From Dipteris shenzhenensis (Eukaryota): 64,000 nucleotides of DNA. The stretch lies in NCBI GenBank assembly GCA_047967505.1, contig CM106538.1; one strand, 5' to 3'. Numbering within the stretch: position 1 is the first letter of the stretch; every line of letters begins with the position of its first letter. The translations under genes were made by a program, and so were the position numbers. Below, in pieces: positions 37,091-48,665 of this stretch. Under the pieces are notes generated by a model, which was not told the DNA's origin, searched no databases, and saw nothing but the letters and a program-made list of their open reading frames with translations.

Positions 37091-37899
37091 GAGGGCGGAT
37101 CCAAGAAAGAGGAAAATTGGGGACTGAAGCATGAGGGTGGGATAAAGAAAGAGGGCCTGCATGATGGAGCATTCTTCTTTCCTCCTTTTTCCTCTCTTTT
37201 TCTCTCTTTTCTCCTCTTTTTCTCTCTTATCTCCTCTCTTTTTTCTCCTCTCTTTTCCTCTCTTTTCTCATCTCTTTCGTTCTCTCTTTTATCCTCACCT
37301 TTTCTCTTTTTTTCCTTCTCTCTTTTATCCTCTCTTTCCTTCTCTCTTTTTGTCTCTTTTCCTCTCTTTTCTCCTCTCTTTTTCTCTCTTATCTCCTCTC
37401 TTTTCCTCTCTTTTCTCATCTCTTTCCTTCTCTCTTTTTCTCTCTTTTATCCTCACTTTTTCTCTCTTTTTCCTTCTCTCTTTTATCCTCTCTTTCCTTC
37501 TCTCTTTTCGTCTCTTTTCATCCCTTTTTCTCTCTTATCTCCTCTCTTTTTCTCTCTTTTTTCTCCTCTCTTTCCTTCTCTCTTTTTCTCTCTTTTATCC
37601 TCACTTTTTCTCTCTTTTTCCTTCTCTATTTTTCACCATGGCCCATGGGGATAATAGTATGATAATCCCAACTTTCTACATACGCACACATTGGAGATCC
37701 TTGCTGGGCTGTTGAAGAAGTAAGGGCAGATGGTACTAAAGGGGAGGCCAAAGAAGCTTGACCTGTAAGCATGAGGAAGGAGAAAGAAGGCTCAGCGTTC
37801 TTGGCCGTCGGCATTGTCTGGACATGTGAGAGTGCCAGCTGAGGGGTGGAGGCCGAGGGCATATCTTCTTTCCCACCTGTTGTTGCATGTGCGCTAATA

Positions 37900-40040
37900 G
37901 GACAGTCTCTTTCTTCGTGAACTATTCATCCTTCTTGTAGCATTCTTGGATTTGCTGTTGCAGTCGGGAGACCTTCTCAAGATTTGCACCTCTTTCCTAT
38001 GATCAACCATAAATTCATCACGATTTCACTAGAATCAACAAGCACATTACTAAAGACCTTAGAGCATCTCATTTGTCCAGATGGCTGAAAACCAAATTTA
38101 GTCCTTGGACAAAAAGATGCCCATTTTCCTAGAGAATCCTTTCCAAATTATGTAAGGTCTCAAAGAGTCTCAAGCTGACCACATACCTTTCTATAAGTCT
38201 AACCCCATTCCTATGTAGAGTTCCTTACCATAGAGGTTTGAACCTACCTAAGGGTGTTTCCAATGCTTGCACCTATCAACCTTGACGTTGCTAATATTTC
38301 TGAGGATTGAGTAGGCCCAAATCTTTTCCAGATTTTGCACCACCTTGATGATCCCTTGAGCCATGAATCTGGCCATAGATTTCTCCACATCTACAATTCC
38401 TATCCTGTTGCCTTTGGCATTGTGCATGATTGCCATTTGACTTTAGGAACCTTGTGATTAACAGTGTCTCCTCCCCAAATAAAGGATCTAAATAAGCTGT
38501 TAATTTGTCTAAGAAATTTTTTAGTTGGGTACAAGCATGAAATGAAATAGATGATGGAGGGGTACATGTAGTGGCTGAGGACAAACTTTCTTCTTGCACC
38601 TGAATTCCATAGGGATTCCCAGTAATATGAAGCCTCTAAGTTTTTTTATCTCTTTACAACCCTTGTTATAAAGAAAAAGGGGGGGAGGGCTCAAGGTGCC
38701 ATATATCCCCATCTTATCATGATTAACTTTGGATCTTGAGGCCATACAAAAAGTATTTAGACACTCCAGCATGACTCTTACTGACTCTTCATCATTGTGT
38801 GGTGCTAGATTTTGTCTTCTGCAAATTGTTGGCACATAATCTGTCTGTCCCCTTCCACCTGTATTCATTTTACATTGCCCTTGTCGAGTTCATCCTTAAG
38901 CAGCCATCCTAGTGCATTTGTAGCTATAGCAAATAGTAGAGGAGCTAATGGACAGCCTTGTGTGATTGATCTTTTTAACCCAAAGGGTTGCGCCGTTCTA
39001 CCATTTACTTCGACTTTGCTTCTAGCATGACATAGGATAATTTCTACATAAATCTAGGATGAGCTTCCATGTCCTTGAGGGAGGACAAAATAAAGCCCCA
39101 TTCCATTCTATCATACACTTTGTCAAAGTCAATTTTGAGGAAGCATTTGTTCTACTGAGTCTCCTCAGCCAGCTCAAGTCCTTCCCATAGGGCGAGGATA
39201 GCTTCTAGGATATGTCTTCCTTGAATGAAACCTTTTTTATCCTCCCTTCTAATAGCAAGTGTCTTTGCAAAGATCTTGTAGCTGCAATTCAGCATGGTCA
39301 ACGGTCTCCAATTCTTCAGTTCCTCTTTTGGGCTACCCTTAGGGATAAGTTTCATCATGCCTATTTTTATTCTTGGGTCTAAAAACCCTTTCTCTTTGGA
39401 GTCTTTCCAGAGCATCATGAGATAGGGGCTATCGTTTCCCAGAATACTTGATAAAATTCTATAGGGAGGCCATCTTCTCCTGGTGTCTTACCCTTCCCCA
39501 TTTGATCTATTGCACCTTTCAGTTCCTCTAAGGTGAGGTCTCAGTCTAGATAGATGCTATCAAAAGAGGACACTTTTCTTTCTCTTACTTTAGATCATTT
39601 CCCTTGAGCTATAGCCTTTTCTGTTGTGATGATCTCCTCCTCTCTTGACAACTAGTTAATGTGTTTTGAGATTGCCTCAAGGACTACAACTGAGTCTTGG
39701 ATGAGTCCTATCTCCAACTTGAAGAGCCTCTAGGGATTCTTTAGCATTTTTTTTCCTTAGCGTTTTGAACATATCCTCATTAGCCTTATCTTCTCTTCCC
39801 ACCCACCAATCCCGAGTGTAAATCTTGGCCTGGTTGGATGCTATTTCTGCTTCTACTCTGAGTTTAGCTTTGACTGTCCTCATTTTTCTTTGTCCCTTAT
39901 CAGTGTTGTCTCGTTCAAGTAGAGCCAGTTGATCTTCAAGCTTTTGAGTTCTAAAAGACCTAGCTTTGTCATCTCTATGTTTGACTTCTTTTAAGAATAC
40001 TTTTGTCCTATCCGTGGCTCTGATCCATTTATCCATTGCA
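37900..40040 (-). mobile_element. L1-type LINE, decayed RT region, 5'-truncated
   Basis: GKTPGEDGLPIEFYQVFW, KLIPKG...KNWRPLTMLNCSYKIFAK, GFIQGRHI, LKIDFDKVYDRMEW, QGCPLAPLLF, QFAED. Ends are approximate. Confidence 0.85.
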
Positions 40041-40042
40041 GT

Positions 40043-42422
40043 ATGATTGGCATGACATCTTACAGGTATTCTAAGCTGTAGAATTCGTGTATCGATAATC
40101 ATGATGCGTTAGCGTAATTATGATTATGTTATATTGTTGACATGACTTCTTTGTTGCTTTGATAGTTCATCCTCCCAATTAAAATAAAAGGGTGCTTACA
40201 AGAAGATGTTAGAAATGCTATATTCAAGATCTGTGGTATTGTGAGGTATGCTTACTATCAAATCGCATTGATTACATTTTTTTCAATTTAAGCTGATTAA
40301 TCTGTAGACTGATTATGAAAATATCTTACATGGACATGTGAAATAGGTGGATATCTCAAAAAGAGATCTCCATATCAAGCATCGAGAAGACTAGGGTCGA
40401 ATCCATCGAAGCCATATGCTTGCTTGAGAAGCACTTTCCCTTGAGCATTATGACAACTCAAGTCCACTTGCTTGTGCACATAGTTGATGAGGTGGCTATT
40501 GCAAGTACCGTTCATAGTCGATGGATGTTTTTTCTCAAGCGGTTTATGAAAACTTTGAAGGGATTTGTAAGACAAAGAGCAAGACTAGAAGCAAGCATAG
40601 CAGATGGATGGCTTGTGCAAGAGTCATTAGTATATATCACAGAGTTTCTTGCATCCATGGATCTCGATATGCTGCAAGCTTGGCATAACAAGGATGATGA
40701 TCGCATCATTGGCGAGGTTCCCCAAGGAAAAGGGATTGAAAGAAAGATGAGCGAATTAGAGCAAATGGAGAAATTCAATAAGTTTTGTATCCTCAACAGC
40801 CCTGAGATGCAGAAGTGGATTGAGAGATATGAAAAGGATATGAAGTGGCCAAAGTAGAAAGAATAAATGCAAGGACGAGATTTAGAGTAATGTACAGGCG
40901 ATCGCAACCATATCCACGGGATCTGGCTCTTCTCCCCACTCACATGTCACTTGATTGGCTACAACTAGCTCTACATAAAGCCGAATGCGATGGAGAGACA
41001 ATAAATGAGTGCGAGCAAGAGTCATCATCTGGATGTATGATGCATGTAAGTTTCTTATCTCTTGACATAATTAAGTAATTATTTCTGGCAATATACACTA
41101 TAAAATAGATGCATCTTCATTGTTTTAATGATGCTCTTTTACAGTACAAAAAGTACAGTGCATTATGGTCATATGGACGATATTTTCACATGGAACGCAT
41201 CGATTAAAAGAGAGTCACATATGATTGTGGAGTCATGGCTAACTTCACACAAGATAGCGGAGCAAGTGCTTTGGATACAAATCTTCTCTCCTCATAGTTG
41301 GATTATTGTGGAACCATATGCAAAATCTATGAAGTTGATTTCAGACGATTTAGTATTTTCATTCTTGATGTAAAATGGTTTAGAACTATTTACAACCGTC
41401 CCCATGCAATAGTGAGAAAAGATAGTAGCGATTTCTTTGCAATAGAGTCCAACAAACATTGGACCGATGAAAGTGATACTTTTGTTCTTCCCGAGCACTG
41501 TGTGTATACTAATGATTTAATTAATCGAAGCTTTCATTTTGAAACATCCATTGATACATGTACTTGAGCATAATTTCATATATATAATTGACAACATTTG
41601 GCACCCATCTTTAATATAGGTGGTTTTTCATTTGGATCGTTCTGATCCAAGATGGTGGTACGTGATCCAAGTTGCACCACAAAGTAAGCAAATTTTTGAA
41701 GAAAGAGATGTGGATATGGAGATGCCACTACCAATGCCAGATCCAATTGATCCCGATGAATCTGGCAAAGAAGATGAAGATCACAATATGAGCCAAGAGG
41801 AAGATGCGCATAATGACATCGCATGAGAGGAAGATGGAGATCACAATATTGAGGAAGAAGACAACGATCATCAAGAATCACCACACTTTATTGAAGAAGA
41901 TGATCAAGTACTTTTAGGTGAATGTATGATGCTAGAGTACGATGATGATGTACGATGATGATATAGGAGATCAACTCAATATAGAGTTGGAGATAGACTT
42001 GTTTGGTGGCTTAGACTTGGCTCAAGATGAAATAGTTGATGTAAATTCTCTTCATTGATTTTTTTCATCTCAAACTTGGACATGAATATATGAGCTTCAA
42101 AGGCTTGATGTACATGCTCTCATATTTTTATTCTCTCAAAAGGTCAAACATGTATGAAAATTTAAAAAATTTTGTCATTGGAAAAAACTAACTTTTAAGG
42201 CCTATATGAGTAAAAAACCTCTCTGGAAAATGTTGCTATAAAATAGTATCTCAGTGTCACTATATATAGCAACTTTTGTGATAGTCGCTATATAGCGACA
42301 TTTGCCTAAAATTGCTATATAGCGATGCTTTACGGGATGCGCTTTTTATACAGACGATTAGTTCCCCATGCGCGCTAAATGTCGATACTTAAACGTCACA
42401 ATAGAATCCATGTGTAGTAGTG
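40043..42422 (+). mobile_element. Truncated second copy of CACTA-1 (transposase 3' half plus terminus), inverted relative to 13232-15600
   Basis: Near-identical peptides (LEKHFP..., VFH.D.SDPRWWYVIQVAP) and introns. Subterminal palindromes at 42256-42326. Ends GTAGTAGTG at 42422. Confidence 0.92.
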
Positions 42423-42699
42423 TCCTCTGTTTTATCCCCACTTTTTCTCTCTTTTTCTCCTCTCTTTTCCTCTCCTTTCTCCTCTCTTTTATCCCCACTT
42501 TTTCTCTCTTTTTCTCCTCTCTTTTCCTCTCCTTTCTCCTCTCTTTTCCTCTCTTTTCCTCTCTTTTCTACTCTCTTTCCTTCTCTCTTTTTCTCTCTTT
42601 TTCTCTTCTTTTTCTCTTCTCAGCTCATTAGTAATCTTCCTTTTTTCTTTTTTCCAGTTCATCATGTGGCCAGGAAGCTCTTCAGGCTCACCTGATCTT

Positions 42700-43876
42700 C
42701 GGGAGACCATCTTTTGGGAGTTATATAAACTTTTGGGGCACCCTCCCAGTCTTGGGGAGTTATATGGCTAGATGACGGGTACTCTAAACATCTCCCAGGA
42801 GTCGGCACTACAGACTCCAAACCACCCTAACCCCACACTAGCTGAGATTATCCCAGCGGAGACAACACAACCGAGCCCCTTTCCCCATGCCATTCTATGC
42901 CCCTTCCCCCATGCCGTCAGGAGGCCCTTCTACCTCGCAAAGCCGTCGGCATACTCTTGTGCAGTCGAGACTCGATTCTCGAGCTACTAGTGGTCCACGT
43001 AGTCCCATGCAATCTCCAGCTATGAGTGGCCAGTGTACTAGCTTGACATGACACAGTAGCAGGCATAGTAGTAGGGAGAGCAGTGGGGGATGCATGGCAC
43101 AGTGCTTTGGGAGGGGTGGTGGTGGGGATGAGGATGATTCAGATGATTTAGACATGCCTCCAGGTGATGGTACAATTTACTATGACATCACTCAGACAGG
43201 AGGCATCTTGATGGATGCACGAGGGAAGGACATCATGGCCTTCATGCACTCTATAATTGGTAACAATTATAGAGATTGCTTTATCCGCTACAAAGACCAT
43301 CCAAAGAGGTTGGTTGATGAGACCCTCGCTGTTGTTGGCTCTAGGTATCCTAAACCCCTAATGTTCAGTTCATAGATAAATGGGCCAAGTCAAAGATCAT
43401 TGTTACGATACTTGGCAATAAAAGATCTTCGCTTAAGAGGCAGGCACTAGCGGAGCTTGCCAGGCTCGAGGAAGGTCAACCACCAAGGGGCCCACCCCAC
43501 ACCGCTCACAAGCATGTGGAAGAAAGCAATGAAGTCAGCAAGGGAGGAACCTAGTTTGCAGCACATGGAGGCACAAAGGATCCAAATGGAGCAATATGGA
43601 AGGGTGCATTTTGGAGCAGGGGATAAGTATCGATCTCAAATTATATTGTTTATGTAGTTTATTAGGAGGTTGTTTCTTTGTACTAACCCCTTTGCAAATT
43701 GTATCATCTTGCAACTTGATATCATGGGCAGGTGTCCTACTCCTGTCGAGACAGCCTACCACCGCCACCATCGTAGAGGAGATACATGGAAGCACTTCCA
43801 TAATGACGGGGTGATTACTAAGGAGCAATTTATCTGGGCTACTGAAGCGCCCCCCGAGGTATTTGAAAGTAATTAA
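42700..43876 (+). pseudogene. CACTA ORF2-like remnant (probably of CACTA-2)
   Basis: YDITQTGGILMDARGKDIMAFMHSII parallels YQITVAGEIIEDRKGKVVMATMRRLM of 21435-22133. Later MWKKAMK...RVHFGAG parallels DWKFFKK...SHFGAG. Preceded by a CT tract. Confidence 0.6.
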
Positions 43877-44124
43877 ATAATGTCAATATTATAAGTAACG
43901 AGTAGCATGACCCGTCTACGACGGGTTAAAGACCCGCTCTGCTGGGTCTCAAAGTGAGATTTTAAAATGTTTGTAATTTCTAGCAATAGAATTTCAAGTT
44001 TCAAAATCCTCCAGCATAGGCACCACTTGGCTTGGCTCTATGCTCAGTTTTACTAAACTATTCAGTTAGAAGAGAGGCAAAGCATTCGCACAACACCCAC
44101 CCCCCTTCTTGCACACACACAAAT

Positions 44125-44125
<1 letters not shown>

Positions 44126-44187
<62 letters not shown>
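44126..44187. repeat. (CT)n microsatellite
   Basis: Uninterrupted CT run. Other microsatellites occur at ~33134-33169 (CT), ~34023-34073 (TG) and ~63787-63820 (GA). Confidence 0.95.
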
Positions 44188-44190
<3 letters not shown>

Positions 44191-44230
44191 TTTGATTGTG
44201 TCCCTCATGATGCACACGCACATGCACTAA

Positions 44231-44263
<33 letters not shown>

Positions 44264-44554
44264 CTATCTATCTATCTATATATATATATCTCCATTGTAA
44301 GTTTGCTAGAATTCTCGGTCAAAGCAAGCAACATCTCAGTTTGTCAAAGGAAAATAAGAGTTCTATGTTGGCAATAATCCATGCACTATCTTAGAACATA
44401 ATAACGATTGACGCAAAAGGAATGACAACCAAAAAGAGAAATAGCAATTCTATGTTTCTCAACTCGATGGAGCCCATAGCAATATAATAAGACAACCGTT
44501 AGGCTGCTAGGCTCCCTATCTCCCCCCCCTCTCTCTCTCTCTCTCTCTATCCCA

Positions 44555-44654
44555 NNNNNNNNNNNNNNNNNNNNNNNNNNNNNNNNNNNNNNNNNNNNNN
44601 NNNNNNNNNNNNNNNNNNNNNNNNNNNNNNNNNNNNNNNNNNNNNNNNNNNNNN
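44555..44654. other. Assembly gap (100 N)
   Basis: Run of N. Contiguity across it is not guaranteed. Confidence 1.
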
Positions 44655-44819
44655 TAATCATGGTGCCTTTTACATGAAGTAATCTACACTAAACATTTTT
44701 TTCAACCCAAAGATGGCCAAGGGGAACCTTGGGTATGAAGTTGCTGCATGCTAACATTATGCTGCCACACCAACAGATATTTACTTGAAAGAGGGCGTGT
44801 TTGTAAATTCACAACTTCC

Positions 44820-44966
44820 CTGTCTCTCTCTCCTCTCTCTTCTCTCTCCCTCTCTCCTCCTCTCTCTCTCTCTCCTCTCTCCCCCTCCCTCTCTCTCTCC
44901 CTCCCTCTCTCCTCTCTCTCTCCCCCTCTCTCTCTCTCCTCCCTCCCTCTCTCTCCTCTCTCTCTT

Positions 44967-44999
<33 letters not shown>

Positions 45000-45510
45000 C
45001 TCCCTCCCTCTCTCTCTCCTCCCCCCCTCTCTCTCTCTCTATCTCTCCTCTCTCTCTCTCTCTCTCCTCCCTCTCTATCTCTCTCTCTCCTCCCTCTCTC
45101 TCCTCTCTCTCTCTCTTCCCTCTCTCTCCTCTCTCTCTCTCTCCTCTCCCTCTCTCTCTCCTCCCTCTCTCTTCCCTCTCTCTCTCTCTCCTCCCTCTCT
45201 CTCTCTCCTCCCTCTCTCTCTCCTCTCTCTCTCTGTCTCTCCTGCCTCCCTCTCTCTCTCTCTCCTCCCTCCCTCTCTCTCTCCTCCCTCCTCTCTCTCT
45301 CTCTCCTCCCTCTCTCTCTCTCTCTCCCCTCTCCTTCTCTCTCTCTCTCCTCCCTCTCTCTCTCCCTCCGTCCCTCTCTCTCCCCCCTCTCCCCCTCTCT
45401 CTCTCCTCCCTCTCTCTCTCACTCTCTCTCTCCTCCCTCCCTCTCTCTCTCCTCCCTCTCTCTCTCTCTCTCTCCCCCTCTCTCCTCCCTCCCTCTCTCC
45501 CTCTCTCCTC
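44820..45510. repeat. Degenerate CT low-complexity tract
   Basis: About 690 bp of almost only C/T. Confidence 0.95.
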
Positions 45511-46489
45511 GCTATATATTTTCTTTTGTTGATGACAAAGAAATAGTTGGCTGTTCGGTGGACAACCATGATGCATCTTCACCAAGCAAAAATACATATC
45601 CTTGTGTGGATCTCTTTGTCTCATGGTCTCCTACATAATCATATCATAATATCCATCCAACATTGTGGTCTTTGTGAGCAATGATGTGACAAAGGCCACC
45701 ATGTTGGATGAATATTATGATATGATTATGTAGAGTCACAATGAGAACTCCTACATGCAACATGCAACTCCTACATGCAACTTCTATATGCAAGTTCTAC
45801 ATCTAGAGAGAGAATGTCTTATAATTCCTACATGCAGAGAGAGAAGCTCTCCAACTTGTATAAATACCCCATAATGGAATAGAGCCCAGACTCTTTGGGG
45901 CATTGCATTGAGTTCTACTTTGGTATTCTAAGCAATTGTCTCAAGTGTCCATGCTTCCTTGCACTCCACGTCCAAAAGCATGTCCTAACCTTGCAACTCC
46001 TCCTCCCCTCTCCTCCAACCTTGCAACCCATCCTCTCCCTCTCCTCCTCCCTCCTCCTCCCTTCTCCTCCTCCTCCTCCCTCCTCTCTATTCTTTCACCC
46101 ATGCTCTTACAGCTTCTTCCTCTCCCACTCCTATGCTCCCCCTAAACACTTACTTCCTCAACCCTTAACCTCCATGACCTATGAGGGAGACGAGTTCTCC
46201 ACCATGTACTCTACCTTCAACCTTGGATCCTCCTTCTAACCCTTGAACCTCTTCTAAACTCTGGAACCCCTCTCTAAACCTTGGAACGTCCTTCTAACCC
46301 TTAAACTCCTCCTAAACCCTTCAACCCCCAATGAAGTCAAAAGCCTTCATTACCTCAACCACGATGATGCACATTTCTTTCACACATGCATTCACTATGT
46401 TTGCTTACCACACTTAAGCCTACATCTCTCACTGGAATACGACTCGAGGTCCTAAGCTACATGTATACTACAAACAACAGAGGATTACC

Positions 46490-47525
46490 AAAAAGCGAGC
46501 GACAAAAATCGAGCAAGCCAAAAAAAGCGAGCGATAAAAAAAAAATAAAAGATTTATAAATCCCCCATTTTAGTAGCAAAAAATAATAACTTATTCAAAA
46601 GTGCATATGTTCCCTCAATGCCAGAAGGTTAAACATGCATATAACTTTAAAGCCATTAACACTAATTTCACATCATCCATGAGACAGTTTGTATGTTTAA
46701 CTTCCAAGTCATTGTTTGTATCAAAGACAAACCCTACTGCAATCAAGTTCTCTCTTTCCACTAGAGTAATTGAGATCATCTTTCCAAGGACTCCTTGCAT
46801 GGATTAGTCTAGATTCCATGCATATGTAAATGCTTAGGTTTTTTAACTCTGTTCACTCTTGGAACAAAACCCATGTTTCTTTGTTACTGCAAAAATATCC
46901 TTCCCTAATGATTTATTCTTACCTCCCACTAATCTTACCAATGCAGCAAATTGGCCACAAATTCATTTTTTGGTGCATTAAATTTTACTAGATGGTGCAC
47001 AAAGACATGATAACCGTCTAAAGTACGCCTTGCCATTTGATTTGATATGTAACATGACCCCGTTTGGACTTGTAAATCAAAAGATACAGGGATGTGAAAA
47101 TGTCCTCTTTTGGGCCAAAACAGGGAGCGCGTTAACGCGCTCCCTGTTTTGGCCCAAAAGAGGACATTTTCACATCCCTATATTTTGGCAAGATGTCAAC
47201 ATTTGATTGTTTTGGCCCAAAAGATGAGTTTTTTACATCCCTGCATCTTTTGATTATCAAATATAAATGGCATAATGTTACATATCAAATCAAATGACAA
47301 GGCATGATTTAGATGAATATCATGCCTTTTTGCACCATCTAAAAAACTTGTGTGCATCAGAATATAAATTTTGTGACACAACCACCTTTTTGAATACTTT
47401 GTACTTCAAGCAATTATTTTATAAAAAACTTAGATTCTTTCTTTGCTTGCTTGATTTTCCAACCACTTCAACTAATTGTCGCTCGCTTTTTTGGGCTCGC
47501 TCGCTTTTTATCGCTCGCTCTATTG
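46490..47525. mobile_element. Foldback/MITE-like element with nested inverted repeats and a central 92-bp perfect palindrome
   Basis: Outer IRs AAAAAGCGAGCGA (46490-46550) / TCGCTCGCTTTTT (47476-47525). Inner ~135-bp IRs at 46985-47120 / 47208-47342. Perfect palindrome at 47088-47179. No TSD identified. Confidence 0.6.
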
Positions 47526-47634
47526 ACTGCCTCCAAACAACAATGCCGATTTGTAGGTGACAAAAAGCCTCAAAACCCTGCATACATAGAATACCCTGCT
47601 CTTCCTACGGAAGCCATGGGAAAGAGCCAACATT

Positions 47635-48617
47635 TGGCACCGCTGTCAGGGAGACAAGCGTCTCAAGTAACGAGTAAACATACGCATATATGTATAAAAA
47701 ACAAACTACTTTGAACTCTCACGGACATAGCACTCAAGGGCAAGGAGAGTAAAATTTTTCCCAACTAAACATATCAACCCAAGCATCAACCTTGGGTTAC
47801 TACCTTAAGAAATTTTCTTTATTGCTTAAAAAGAAGCCACTTGATAAACAAATGAGGCTAGGTAGTGGACATGAATGCGTAGAGCTTATAATTTTGATCA
47901 TTTCAGCTTTTTACAGAAGAGCGATCCGAGCTTACCATGAAAAGTTATGGTGGGGAAGAGTTTAGGATTTAATCCTAAACCTACACCTATTTCTTATAAA
48001 AACCCACTCCACCCCCTCATTCTTCTTCTTTCATATCTTGCCTCCATCCTCTTCCCCATTCTGAGCCCTACGCAAGACACTCCTCCCTCTCCATCGACCA
48101 CCACCCTACTCCCATCCTCACACGGTGAGTTACTTCAAGCCCATCTCGCAGCGATAACCTAGCCATCCACATTCGCCCTCAACAATCCCGTTACATCGAG
48201 AAAGACTTGAAGAGCATTTAGGTGACCATGTCTTCCTCCCTTTGGATTTTCGTCAAAGTTTTCCGTCAGTTAAGTTTCCTCCACCCCCCCACCCCCTCCA
48301 TCCCTCCCTCTCCACCCCCTCCACCACCCCTCCCCCTCCACCCCCACCCCCTCCACCCCCTTTCCCCCCCACCCCTCCACCCCCCCCCTCCCCTCCCAAC
48401 CCCCCCCTTCCCCCAATGCCCCCCTGCCCCCGCCCCCCTCTCCACCCCCCCCCTCCATCCCCTCCACCCCCCCCCTTCCTCCATCTCCACCACCACACAC
48501 CCCCTCTCCACACCCCCCCCTCCATCTCCTCCACCCCCCCCTCTTTACCCTCCCTCCATTCCAAACCCCCCTCTTCCCCCCCCTCCCTCTTCTCTCTCTC
48601 TCTCTCTCTCCTACCCC

Positions 48618-48665
<48 letters not shown>

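Noticed and set aside
44748-45638. ORFs of 250-300 aa (SL/ER repeats); also the Pro/Gly-rich ORFs at 48222-48784 and 37069-37715
   Set aside because: These are translations of CT- or C-rich tracts.
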